In this document: positions 1 through 13,116 of the stretch, piece after piece
Layout: every line of letters starts with the position of its first letter
How positions within the stretch are numbered: position 1 is the stretch's first letter
Assembly (NCBI RefSeq): GCF_006345805.1
Contig: NC_043018.1
Coordinates: forward strand, 24,676,001-24,740,000
From: Octopus sinensis
Lineage: Eukaryota
Direction of reading: 5' to 3'
Length of the DNA: 64,000 bases
Made by a program: the position numbers and the translations under genes
The notes under the pieces: generated by a model
Databases searched by the model: none
Seen by the model: only the letters and a program-made list of their open reading frames with translations
What the model was told of the DNA's origin: nothing

Positions 1-384
1 CTTAGATCAATTGTAAAAAAAAAATATTAACTTCTGAGAGAAATAAGTAGCAAAAAGACTGCCCCCGCACCCACTCGAAATTTACATGAATTAACTTTTT
101 TTAATTATCTAATTGATGTATTTATTAATTTATGATTTCTCCCTTACTGAAATAGAGGCAAGTTTTAATGTTTTGGAGGCAGCACCTTGGGTCTATGCCT
201 CGGGTTCCTCAACAAGTAAGTATTGCTTCAGTCTTACTGATGATGATGATGATGATGATGCAGTAGTGTTGTCTTGCTACCACAGACTACCCACTACTAC
301 CATGACCACCACTGACTACTATCACCACCACCATGACATCTCCTTGAGCATTTACATAGAAATTTATGATCACAAGTATGTATA

Positions 385-705
385 TTGATCTGACACTCCA
401 TCAGTTTCGATGATGAGGCTTCCATTTGATCCAATCAATGGAACAGCCTGCTTGTGAAATTAACGTGCAAGTGGCTGAGTGCTCCACAGACGTGTGTACC
501 CTTAATGTAGTTCTCAAAGAGATTCAGCATGACACAGTGTGATAAAGCTGGTCCTTTGAATTACAGATACTACTCATTTTTTGCCAGCTGAGCAATGTGA
601 AATAAAGTGTCTTGCTCAAGGACACAACTGCACTGCCAGGTATCAAACTCACGATCTTACAGTCAGGAGCCAAAAGCCTTAACCACTAAGCCACACACCT
701 TCCCA
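385..705 (-). mobile_element. tRNA-headed SINE, 'family D' (decayed copy)
   Basis: Homologous to 58732-59048; reverse strand starts with tRNA-like TGGCTTAGTGGTTAAG...GAGTTTGATACC followed by GTGTCCTTGAGCAAGACACTTTATTTCAC. Confidence 0.85.
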
Positions 706-824
706 TGTATATAGGAAACATGTATGTACACACATATTTGTGGATGTGAGTGTATACATACACACTCAATCATACAGATGCAGGAATGTTTGTACACTTA
801 CACACACAGACACACATACACAGG

Positions 825-855
<31 letters not shown>

Positions 856-2313
856 ACGTGCACATATATACACACATGTATACATACACGTACTGGTGGA
901 TGGAAGCATAGATATACACATGTACTGCTGGATCGAAGCATTGACATACACACATGTAGGTGCAGCAAGTGCATGCATTCCTACATGCACACATGTAGGA
1001 AACGGATACAGTGATATGGTATTTAGGTGTTGGTAAAGTTAGAAACTCAGTTTCAATTCCCAGTTGGATCACTTTAATTGTTTGTCACTAATGCACTCTG
1101 ACAGGGCATGACCACCACAACTTCACAATTATTCCCCCCCCCCACCCACCCCATGACTCTTATGTTGTTGTATGTCAGTGTAAGACATTATTCAAGCGAA
1201 TTGGTAGGTACAGTGGTATTTTAGTTGTGTTTGTTACTTCCTGAGTTCAAACCCTATCATTTCAACAGTCTTTACTCTCCAAGGTTATATAAAATATATG
1301 GGGCACAAACGCACACATTGGTAATCAATAAGTCCTTCTGAAATAGTCATTTACATTTCCTACTAAATGTATATATACTGTTGATAGGCCAGTGACTGCA
1401 GGGTTTGTCCTGAGATAACATCTTTTATGGTATTATGGGTGTTGTGGGGCTAAAAAAATATGAGAGAGGAACAGCAGGCACATGTGTCTTGCTACAGAGA
1501 AGATACATGGCCACCCTGCATTCAGGTGGGTGGAGCAACTGAGGCACAGAGCCAGGAATTTAGGGGGAGCAAATGTTCATTGATATCAATCTCATTACAT
1601 AGTGAGCAATGAAAGGCAAAGTTGGCCACAACAGGACTTCGAACACCTTGAATTAAATTAACCATGAATAAGATGTATCAGCTGTCTGTTTTATGGCAGC
1701 CTACCATTTTACAGGGAATTCTTCACATAGGGTACCCCACAAAACTGTTGGACATGACAAAGGGGTACATTGGAAGGTAGAGTTTTGAGAATGTTTTTAT
1801 TTATTTTTTTTTTCATTCTGTTTAAATAAAAGCATTTTTATCCTTCTGGACTTAATAAAATAAGCCCTGCATAGAAACAAAACAATAGTAGTATTAGTAA
1901 TAATAATATCAGTAATAAATCTGGCTTGGGATTAGTTACAGGGAATGGTAGTGAGGGTAGGTACAGAGGATTTTGGGTTTTGATATGGCTTTATATTCCC
2001 AATCAGGAGTTCTTTCTCTCTCTCTCTCTCACTGTCTCTCTTTGTCTCTCTCACACATGCTGTGTCTTTCACTGTATGTCTCTTACCCTTTCCATCCTCT
2101 CTCTCTCTCCATCCCTATCCCTCACTCTCTCCACCTTCACCTAAATTAATCTAATATAATTAATATCCTTCACTGTAGTTGTTGCTATAGAGACTTGTAA
2201 CCATGGACACTGTTATTATGTAGTCATTACCATAGAAACCAGATTCTCTCTGTTCACCTTTTTGATCTCTCAAGTCACTACATTTGGTGTTGTTGGTGTT
2301 TACATTACATATG

Positions 2314-2377
<64 letters not shown>

Positions 2378-2937
2378 GTAAATAATTTAATTACAAAATA
2401 ATGCAAGTGGGTGAGTGGTATGAATTTATCCTATGAGTTGAGGAGCTGATGATGTACTGATTGATGTATATAAAAATAAAAAATTCTAAGTGACTTGAAC
2501 CTTGCATCTTAGTTGGAGAAAGAAAACAAAATCCTAGCGGCGGTTGTAAGCAACTAGCAAAGAGAAGGGAAATGATTTTAAGACATTAAAAACAATTTGA
2601 CAGAAAATTGAATTTTAAGGTTTAAAGGAGGCAAAGAGTGGGGCAAACTTGGATTTTTGTTCTGAAGCACTTTTCTAAAATAAATTCTTAATTTATCATT
2701 TTTATCTTTTTATTTGTTTCAAGCAAGCATTGGGCTGCGACCATACTGGGTCACTGCCTTGAAGGGTGTCAACTGGCTAAATCGACCCTTGTAATAATTG
2801 GGGTTTTTTTAATGTCTGCTATTTTTCCTATCAGTAGCTTTTGCCAAACCATTTAAGTTACAGAGATGTAAACAAACCAACATTAGTTGTCAAGCAGTCA
2901 TGGGGGACAAACACACACACGCACACACTGTGTGTGC

Positions 2938-2972
<35 letters not shown>

Positions 2973-4574
2973 ATCATCATTGTGTGTGGAAACATTATCA
3001 GTGTATGTGTGTGGAAATGTTATCTGTGTGTGGAAACTTTATCAGTGTGTGTGTGTGTGGAAATGTTATCAGTATGTGTGGGTGGAAACGTTATTGGTGT
3101 GTGTGTGGGTGGAAACGTTATTGGTGTGTATGCGTGTGTGGAAACGTTATCTGTGTATGTGTGTGTGGAAACGTTCAGTGTGTGCATGTGTATGCATGAT
3201 TTACAATTGTGCGTGTGTGTGTGTGTGCATTAATCATCAGTGATGGCAGTATGAATGTGTGAAAGGATCACTAATATGTGTTATTTATAAGGTATGGCTG
3301 TGTGGTGGGGAGCTTGCTTCCCAACTACATGGTTCCGGGTTCAGTCCCACTGCATGGCACCTTGGGCAAGTGTCTTCTACTATAATCTCAGGCCGATCAA
3401 AGCCTTGTGAGTAGATTTAGTAGGTGGAAACTGAAAGAAGCACATCGTGTATGTATAAATATGTGTGTGTGTGTGTTTATTTATTGTGTTTGTTTGTATC
3501 CCATGACTTCTCAACAACTGGTGTTGGTTTATTTACATCCCTGTAACTTAAGTGGTTTGGCAAAAGCGACTGTAGGAAAAGTACCAGATGTTAAAAAAAT
3601 CAGGTGAGCAGGCCAACATTCTCTCTGATTGGAAGGCGATTCCATTGCAGGGCTATCCTTTTACAGCTGAGTGACTGGAGCAACATGAAATAAAGTGTTT
3701 TGCCCAAGAGCACAATGTGTCACCTGGTCAAGGAATTGAACCCATGATCTAGCGATTGTGAGTGCAACACCCTTACCACTAGGCCACATGCCTTCACAAA
3801 CCAGTTATATACTAGGGTGTAAATAAAGACTGCTCTCTTCTTGTGAATTTGCAGATAAAATGCCTTAGAATATGTTCCAGCTCTTCATGTTTTGAGTTCA
3901 ATTTCAGCTGAGGCCAACTTTGTCTTTCATTTTTTTTCATGATCAGTAATGGCTCAGTAGTTAGTGTCGGGCTTACAATCACGAGGTAGTGAGTTCAATT
4001 CCCAGACCGGGCTGTGTGTTGTGTTCTTGAGCAAGACACTTTATTTCATGTTGCTCCAGTTCACTCAGCTGTAGAAACGTGTTGTGGTATCACTGGTGCC
4101 AAGCTGTATTGACCTTTGCCCTTTCCATGGATAAGATCAGTGACATGGAGACGGGAGGCTGGTATGCATGGGTGACTGCTGGTCTTCCATAAACAACCTC
4201 GCCCGGACTTGTTCCTTGAAGGGTAACTTTCTAGGTGTAATCCCATGGTCATTCATGACCGAAGGGGGTCTTTACCCTTTACTGGTCATATTAGCGGGTA
4301 AACATAATCGACTGTTCCCTTCCTGCAAATTTGCAAACAAAACACTTTATGGTATGTTCCAGCTCTTTGCGTTCCGAGTTCAAATTCAGCTCTGAGATCA
4401 ACTTTTACATGCTTCTCATGGTTAGCAAAAGTAACATACCGGTCATATGCCAGGCGTAAATATAACCGATTCTTCCCTTCCTGCAAAATACACAAACAAA
4501 ATGCCTTGCAGTATGTTCCGGCTCCTCACAATCCGAGTTCAAATTTGCTGTCTTGCACCTTTACTAAATTATAT

Positions 4575-4973
4575 ACTCTTTTACTTGTTTCAGTCATTTG
4601 ACTGCAGCCATGCTGGAGCACCACCTTTAATCGAGCAACTCGACCCCGGGACTTATTCTTTTGTAAGCCTAGCACTTATTCTATCGGTCTCTTTTGCCGA
4701 ACCGCTAAGTAACGGGGACATGAACACACCAGCATCGGTTGTCAAGCAACGCTAGGGGGACAAAAACAGACACACAAACACACACACGCATATATATATA
4801 TACATATATACGACGGGCTTCTTTCAGTTTCCATCTCCCAAATCCACTCACAAGGCTTTGGTCAGCCCGAGGCTATAGTAGAAGGCACTTGCCCAAGGTG
4901 CCACGCAGTGGGACTGAACCCGGAACCATGTGGTTGGTAAACAAGCTACTTACCACACGGCCACTCCTGCGCC
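4575..4973 (-). mobile_element. tRNA-headed SINE, 'family A', full length, about 100 bp upstream of stomatin exon 2
   Basis: Reverse complement of the 63064-63435 type: TGGCTGTGTGGTAAG (A box), GGTTCAGTCCC (B box), internal microsatellite, tail ...GACTGAAACAAGTAAAAGAG. Confidence 0.9.
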
Positions 4974-5076
4974 TATAATTATTTATATAATAAAATTTAT
5001 TAATTTGATCTTATTTATTCTGTTTTTTTCTGTTCCTTCTTCTCACTGTTGTTATTGTCTTCTCCTCTTCCATCAG

Positions 5077-5183
5077 ATGCAGCTCGCGAAAACAAACTCG
5101 GCTTATGTGGTACCTTGCTTATGGCTCTCTCTTTTGTCATTATCCTGTGCACATTACCGTTCTCTCTGTGTCTAGTTATTAAG
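5077..5183 (+). CDS. STOM: Stomatin coding exon 2 (107 bp): membrane hairpin with conserved Pro (TLPFS) and N-terminal Cys
   Basis: Pyrimidine tract + CAG acceptor ending 5076, donor AAG|GTAAAC at 5184; phase 1 to phase 0; hydrophobic segment ending ...LVIK as in stomatins. Confidence 0.9.
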
Positions 5184-8100
5184 GTAAACTATGCAAATCT
5201 TTCTTGATTGTTTATTTATTGTCTTTTTTTGTTTTCATTTTTTTTATGTTCCTTTTATTATTATTATTATTTTTATTCTTTTACCAGTTTCTTTCATAGA
5301 CCTGCAGCTTTGGTAGGACACCACGTTCTAGGCTTTTAGGCTATTATTTATAAAAATAGCAGCCAAATATTACTCATATCATGCCCTGCCATCTGAAAAA
5401 TAAACAAAAACCAGTGCAAAGGGATTCTGTTAGTCTGGGGTTTTATGGCAGTGAGCTGCTGGAATTCTTATTGCACCGGGCAAGATGCTTAGAGGCATTT
5501 CGCCCATCGCTACATTCTTGGGTCAAATTCCGCTGAGGTTGAGTTTGCTTGTCCTCTTTTTGGGGTCGGTAAAATCAGTACCAGTTGAGTACTGGGGTTG
5601 ATTACATTACCTACATCCTCCCCAAAATTGCTGGCCTTGTGTCAAAATTTGATACCAGAAAAAATAAGGTGGGTTGGTCAAACTGGAGTGCTGTTGATCA
5701 GGGGTTTTATTCCGGAATCGAACTCGGAATCTTAACCACTACACCATATGACCATGGGCATATAGCATAGGGGTTAAGAGCACGGGCTAAAACCCCAAGA
5801 TTCCGGGTTCAATCCCAAGCAGTGACCTGAACAACAATAATAATAATAATAATATCGAAAAATACCTTAGGAATGAGATCCCAGGTTTGAAATTTCCCCA
5901 AGACACCTGATGAAGGCTGGAGGGTATATCAGCCGAAATGTTATGTTAATAGCAAACAAGATGAGGACAAATATCCATCAAATGTAAATAATGTATATTC
6001 TTTTAGTCTTCTACTTGTTTCAGTCATTTGACTGCGGCCATGCTGGAGCATCGCCTTAAGAATTTACAGTTGAATGTATTGACCCTAATATTTTTTAAAG
6101 CCTGGTGTTTGTTTTATTGATCTCTTTTGCTGAACTGCTAAGTTATGAGAACATGCACACACACACACATATACAACGGGGTTCTTTCAGTTTCCGTCTA
6201 CCAAATCCACTCACAAGGCTTTGGTCGGTCTGAGGCTATAGGTGAAGGCAGTTGCTTGAGGTGCCACGCAGTAGGACTGAACCTGGAACCATGTGGTTGG
6301 GAAGCCAGCTTCTTACCCACACAGCCACGCTTGGAATGCTTGTGAGTTGGTGTCTCCTCCTCGTCTGGACATCGCGCAATTGCTGTAAGCAAGCGTCACA
6401 CTTTCACACCACAAGTGGTATCATTTGTTTCATTGCCTTGCAGTTACGATTCTGTTAAAAAAAAACAAACAAAAGGACAAAAAGAACACGGTGGGGTGGA
6501 ACAGGTGAATAAAATCTTACAGGTGAGATACGGGATGGCTACATGGAGATCCTCTGGGCAAAGGAAATTTTGCCTCATTGTGCGAGCATAGGAAAGTGAA
6601 CGTTAAAAACTCTGTGTGTGTGTGTGTACGCACGCAGATGTGTGCAAGAGAGAAAGATAGAAAAACAGACTTAAAATTTGTGCGCATGTGTATCTCGGAA
6701 CAATAATGTCAATGTATTATTCATCTCTAGTCCCAAATACCAAAGCACCCTATTCTAGATGTATTATTTATTTATTGATTTTTTTTTTCTCTTTTTTTTT
6801 TTTTTGGTAAATTGCTTCACTTATATTCTTTTATTGATTGGTTTCCCAACCCCAGAACAAGTTTCCTAGAATATAATAATGGTAAAGTTGACATAATCTA
6901 GATTATTCCACAGTTGTTGTTGTTGTGTGAGCGAGAGTGAGAGTGTTGCCGAGAAGTTTTTTTTTTTTTTGTTTTTGTTTTTATTTCTTTGGCAAATTAA
7001 TCTGTATAGATTTTTTTTTTTTATATATTTTGGCAAATATTAAAGGAGGAGGGGCTGGGGAGGTGCGAAAGAAAACAATAATAGTAATAACAACTGAAGA
7101 GAAAGTTGGTTTTGTATTCAGTTTTTTGTTGTAGTTAAATTTCATCTTTATTTCTCTTGTTTCACTTCCTTGGTGGTGGTGGTGGTGGCAAGATGTGGCA
7201 GGTGGGGTGGGGGTGTTGCAAGATGTGATGATGGTGGTGGTGTTGGCAAGATGTAGTGGTGGGGGTGGGGGTGTTACAAGGTGTGATGACGGTAGTGGTG
7301 GGGTAGGGTTGCGTTATGTGATGATGGTGGGGTTGCGAGATGTGATGATGATGGTGGTTGTCGTGGCTGTCATACACAGAGAGAGAAAGAGAGAGAGGCC
7401 AAGGCCTAGTGGAGAGGTATAGTGAGAGTGAAGAAATATGGTGGGACTAGAGGGTGGTGGTGGTGGTGATGGAGAGAGAGGGATGCGATGAAGATGAGAG
7501 AGAATGCGAAGTGGTGTTGGTGGTGGTAGAGAAAGACAACTGTGGTGATGAAGAGAGAGCGAGAGGGGAGGCTCTGATGGTGATAGTGTCGACTACGATG
7601 ACAGTGGTGACGGTTCAACTCTTAGTGAATCCACTCATCATTCATATACATTGACAATATGGCCACAGGGGGTGGTGGGAGGGAGGGGGGGAGTTGTTGA
7701 ACACTTCTTGTACAAAGTATACAACGTAATCAGGTTGATTGATGGAGATATGCCAGAAGGCCTTAATGAATTAAAATTTTCATGTTTAACAAGGAAAAAC
7801 AAACATCAAGGGTCCCCCTCCCCCTCCACCTAACCTAATTCAGTTTTGTATAAAATCCAATTCCTAATTTCTCAAAGTTATCTCCCCCTTATTTCGAGTG
7901 TTTCTAACAATCACCACAAGGGTTTTCTTTTCGTTCTCTTTCTTTAACTAAGAGGTAAATTGCAGGATTTTTTTTTTTTCAGTTTTTTTTTTTTTTGTTT
8001 TTATAGCATGCATTGTTTGGTACAGTATCTGAATTATCTAAATTGATGCCAGTAGTTCATTTGAGTTGTTTCCCTTGGCTCTTCTTTTTCTTTCTTTCTT

Positions 8101-8816
8101 TTTTTTAAGTATAGTTATAGTTTCAGATCAATTGTTTTAGTTGCTCTCATCATCATCATCATCATCATCATTGCTAATGCTATAGACTACTAGCATTGGT
8201 TCCAACAATGACCATCACCACTACCACCGTAACCAATCCATACCATTGCTGCTACCACCACCTGTACAAACACTGGTACTGCCACTACTATCATCATCAC
8301 CATCACCACCACTGCCACCTGCTACAACCATTACTGCAGCAACCACCCCCCACCACTGCTACCATCACCACAACTGTCACTGCTACCCCCTCTACTACCA
8401 TCATCTCAACCACCACCACCAGCATCATCATCATCATCATCGTTACTACGAACAACCTGATAAACGGTCATGCCACTTCCACACCACCACCACCACCACC
8501 TCAGCATCATCATCATCACCATGACTACCAGTACTGTTACCATGACGTTAGCAACTGCCATGGGAACAAATGAACTATAGAAATCAATTAAACTGATCTA
8601 TCGTAATTTGGTTTGTGTGTGTGTGTTTCTGTCCCAGAGGGAATCATCATCATTCACAACTGTTAGATTATCTCATTGGTGTTGTTGTTATTGTTGTAGT
8701 TGTTATTATTATTGTTTTTATTATTATTATTATTATTATTATTGGAATATATAATCTGAATAGTGTTATGTTACATTGGTTAATCTTTTGTTGCCAAGCT
8801 TTGTGAACTTTTTGTT

Positions 8817-8847
<31 letters not shown>

Positions 8848-10682
8848 ATATCATCGTCATTATTATCATTATTAATTATTTATTATTTATTTATTTATTA
8901 TATTATTTCTATGCGGAAAGCTTTGTCCACATTTTTTTTTCTCTGTTTTTCTTTTCTCTTTTGTTTTTTTTTTTCTCTTCTTTGTCTTTTTCCTATTTTT
9001 TTTCTTCTTTTTTATCTACGAAGTTCATCTGGTTGAAATAAAAGAGTATTTGATAAATGTCAGTCCCCCCCTCCCCCCGTACCCACCAGATAGATGTTGC
9101 TGGATTGTTTGTGTGTGTTTGTTTTTGGTTTTTGAATCTATTGTTTTTAGGTCTGGTCTCTCCTCTTTACTTCTCTCTCTAGTTCTTTCCTGTTTTATTA
9201 TTATTTTTTTTTTTCAGTTTACATACCCTATGTTAAATTTTTTTGCTAGTATCTGTCCTTATAATTCATTATTATTATTGTCATTATCATTGAGGTGGGG
9301 AGCTGGCGGGATTTTTAGCATGGCAGACAAATTGCTTAATGGTATCTTGTTTGCCCGAGTTCAAATTCCGCTGAGGTCAACTTTGCCTTTCATTCTCTCA
9401 GGGTCGATAAAATAAGTGCCAGTTGAGCACTGGGGTCAATGTAATCAATTAGTATTTCATAAAAATTTCTTGAAATACTAAAGAGTAAATTTATTCAATC
9501 AAATCACCATTGGCTTTAACCGTGGCCTCCAGATGACTTTGCAATCTCCTGCAACTCTTCCAGACTATCTCCTTGTTAAAGTTGGTCAATACTGCCATAA
9601 TCCTTGCCTTCAGTTCATCTTTGGTGTTACAAGGAATTTTGTTGCTCTCTCACTCAACTGTGCCCCACACATAATAACCAAAGGGATTGCAGTCTGAGGA
9701 GTTAGGCAGCCAGATGTTAGGGGTGATGTGGTTGCAGAATTTGTCTGATAGCCATAACTGGGTTCTCCTGCTTGTGTGGCATGATGCAGAGCCCTGTTGC
9801 CAGACATAAGATGTCCCATCAGCCAACCTCTTAACTACCTCTTCCAGGCACTTGATGTAGGTCTGCATATTGAGTGTGAGGCTGTGTGGGAAGATGAATG
9901 GAGGCATAACATCGCCATCACTAGTGATCACTCCAAACACCATGATGTTGACTGGATGTTTGATTTTTATCATTCTCGGTACATGTTTTGGGGACACGGC
10001 AAGTCGATGGTTGTTCTGTGTGTTCACCATCGGATCCTGGCAGAAATTTTTTTTGTTTGAGAAAAACCAAAGCATGTTCGGTTGGAGGGGATGATTGAGT
10101 TTATCCAAAAGATTCGTATGGTGTCTTTCCTCTTGATAGCTTGAGATAAAAATTGGCCCTTTCTCATCTTGTATGTGGAATAACAAATGTCTTCACATAC
10201 TACCTACCTGATAAGAAACTCAGACACTCCCATATCCCTGGTGATGGACCTGATTGATTTGGAGGAATCATTGTCAATCATGGCCTGGATCTCACTAACA
10301 CATTCAGGAGTTCTTTTCTTATCAGAACGATCAGAATGAGTTTTCCAAGCTGCCATACCTTCATAATCACCATTAGACTCGTCCAACTCTTTCCAAATCC
10401 TCTGCACTGTCATCAGATTGACACCCAAATACCCTGAAATGTCAGTATTAGTGCTTCTGGCATGAAAACCAAGCAGTACAGCATGTTGTTTCCAAATCTC
10501 TGGTAGAGTGAATTGCGTCATGGTGCTTTCTCACAGATGGTGCCCAACTGACCCTACTATACTGTGTAGTTGACAAAATCAAAAACAAACAATGCGCATG
10601 TGCGAAATTAAAAATATAAAATCGCAATAATTTATCCATCGCACCCTGTATGTATGTATGTATGTGTGTGTGTGTGTGTAAT

Positions 10683-10714
<32 letters not shown>

Positions 10715-12900
10715 CACACACACACACACACACAACAGGCTTCATTCAGTTTCTGTCTACCTAATCCACTCACAAGGCTTTGGTCGGCCTGAGGCTGAAG
10801 TAGAAGACACTTGTCCAAGGTGTCACACAGAGGGACTGAACCCAGGACCTTGTGGTTGGGAAGCAAACTTCTTACCACACAGCTACACCTGTTGTGGTCT
10901 CCTCGTTGTCTGACTATGTATTATAATTAGGTGAGAAATGCATGTTTGCCTTCTTCGCATCTTCTTAAATTTTGTGTGTCATCCGTGTATGTGTCGATGA
11001 GGAATTTCAAGCTCTCAGTGTGTGTGTGTCTCTATCTACTTGTCTCTCTCTCTGTCTCTGATCTGTGGAATGTTACTACTTGGTTCTGCCCGAGAGAGAT
11101 TTAATATATTCTTGAAAAGATGCCATTATGTCAGCAACCGATATTTTACGAAGATTTTTGAATTTGCAGCCTGCTTACTTGGGGAAGAGAAAGATACATG
11201 AGAGATATCGGATGACATTTTTCACACATTTTATTATAAAGTTATCTTTCTCTCTAGTACAAAATCCATCCCACCCACCCCAGTATTACTTAACCTCCTT
11301 GAGAACCATGGGAGAATGAGGAGGAGGTAGAGAAGTTTTGGAGGGTGCAGCACGGTGTTTTTATATTTATTTTTGTTTGTTTTTTTCTTTAATATATTTT
11401 TTCTTCTTCTTAACTCAGTCTCTGTTTTCCCTTGCTTCTTCAAACATGCTGTTGGCAGATGTTAAGTCTGTGGTTCTTAATTTTTCTATGGCTTTGTGGT
11501 GCACTGGAAAATAAGTAAATAAAAATAAAGTTACGGGTGCATTTTGCATGCAAAGTTTTAAAAAATCACTTCTTCGGTATTGCACTTAGAAAAAAAAAAA
11601 AAGAATGTTTTAAACTTTTTATTGGTGTGGTGGTGGCCGTAATGTCAATTTCCTTTGCTGTGGGCAGAAGGCTTTGAGGTGAATAGTGTCATCGCACAGG
11701 TAACATCTTGGCCTTCTGCCCTCAACAGCCACATGAAGCTCTGTGACATCTGGTTGGTTTATGTAGTCCATGATTGCTTTAATGCTTGGTTGATCGGCCT
11801 GTATTAACTTCATACCTTGTCCTAACTAGTTCTGCTTCTAATGCACTGAGTTTGTTTTACTTAATTTTGAAAATTTGTAAGAATTTAGTAAAATAACTTT
11901 CTTGTTATCAAATATCATGTGTAGAGCATGAATCAGTATGAAATTATGGTGGAAGGTTTTAATTTAGGTCATTTTAAAACAGGAAGTTTTTATCATAGAA
12001 CCAGGTGTGGTTTGAGGCAGGTTGGAATCAAAGCTAAACATTTAGAAAATATTTACTTTACTTTACTCTTTTACTTGTTTCAGTCATTTGACTGCAGCCA
12101 TGCTGGAGCACCACCTTTAGTTGAGCAAATCGACCCTGGGACTTATTCTTTGTAAGCCTAGTACTTATTCTATTGGTCTCTTTTGTCGAACTGCTAAGTG
12201 ACAGGGACATAAACACACCAGCATCGGTTGTCAAGCAATGCTAGGGGGACAAACACAGACACACGAACATACACACACATATATACATATATAGGACGGG
12301 CTTCTTTCAGTTTCCATCTACCAAATCCACTCACAAGGCTTTGGTCGGCCCAAGGCTATAGTAGAAGACACTTGCCCAAGGTGGTATGCAGTGGGACTGA
12401 ACCCGGAACCATGTGGTTGGTTAGCAAGCTACTTACCACACAGCCACTCCTGCACCTATTTCTTAAATGTTTAATTATTAACTCTTTAGCATTGAAACCA
12501 GCCATATCTGGCTCAAATATTCTTCTTGTTGTATGTTCAAACTGGCCAGATCCAGCCTCTCACACCTACCCTATATTGTCTTTCTAAACATAAATGGTCA
12601 CATCTGAAAGCTACTAGATAATTCATGAGTGATTCAAAATAATGTGAATAAATAAGCATTACATTTGACAGAATAATTTCAATGCTGAATGGTAATCATG
12701 CTAATTATGTATAAATATAATTAAGAAAATGTTTATGAGGGGGCTTCAGCAATCTGTAGCACAACTAGATATGCATGTAGTACACAATTTGAGAAGCATT
12801 GTGTTAAGTACTTGTTAGTCCTTTAACTCCGTGTAGAGCATAGGACACCTTCAAGAGATGTATTGAGTTCTACACCTGGTTATTACAATGCCTAAGTGAA

Positions 12901-12944
<44 letters not shown>

Positions 12945-13070
12945 ATTTGCATAAATATTTATGTGCACATGTATGTCTGTGTGTGTGTGTGTATGTGTGT
13001 TTATATATGTGTACGTGTTTATATTTGTGTTTATACATGTGTGCATGTTGTGTGTGTGTGTGTATGTATA

Positions 13071-13116
<46 letters not shown>

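Noticed and set aside
8196-8573. Thr/His-rich, mucin-like ORFs
   Set aside because: Degenerate CAC/CAT trinucleotide tract
11128-11319. [21 protein letters not shown]... as an alternative stomatin first exon
   Set aside because: No phase-0 GT donor to join exon 3, and it would lack the membrane hairpin
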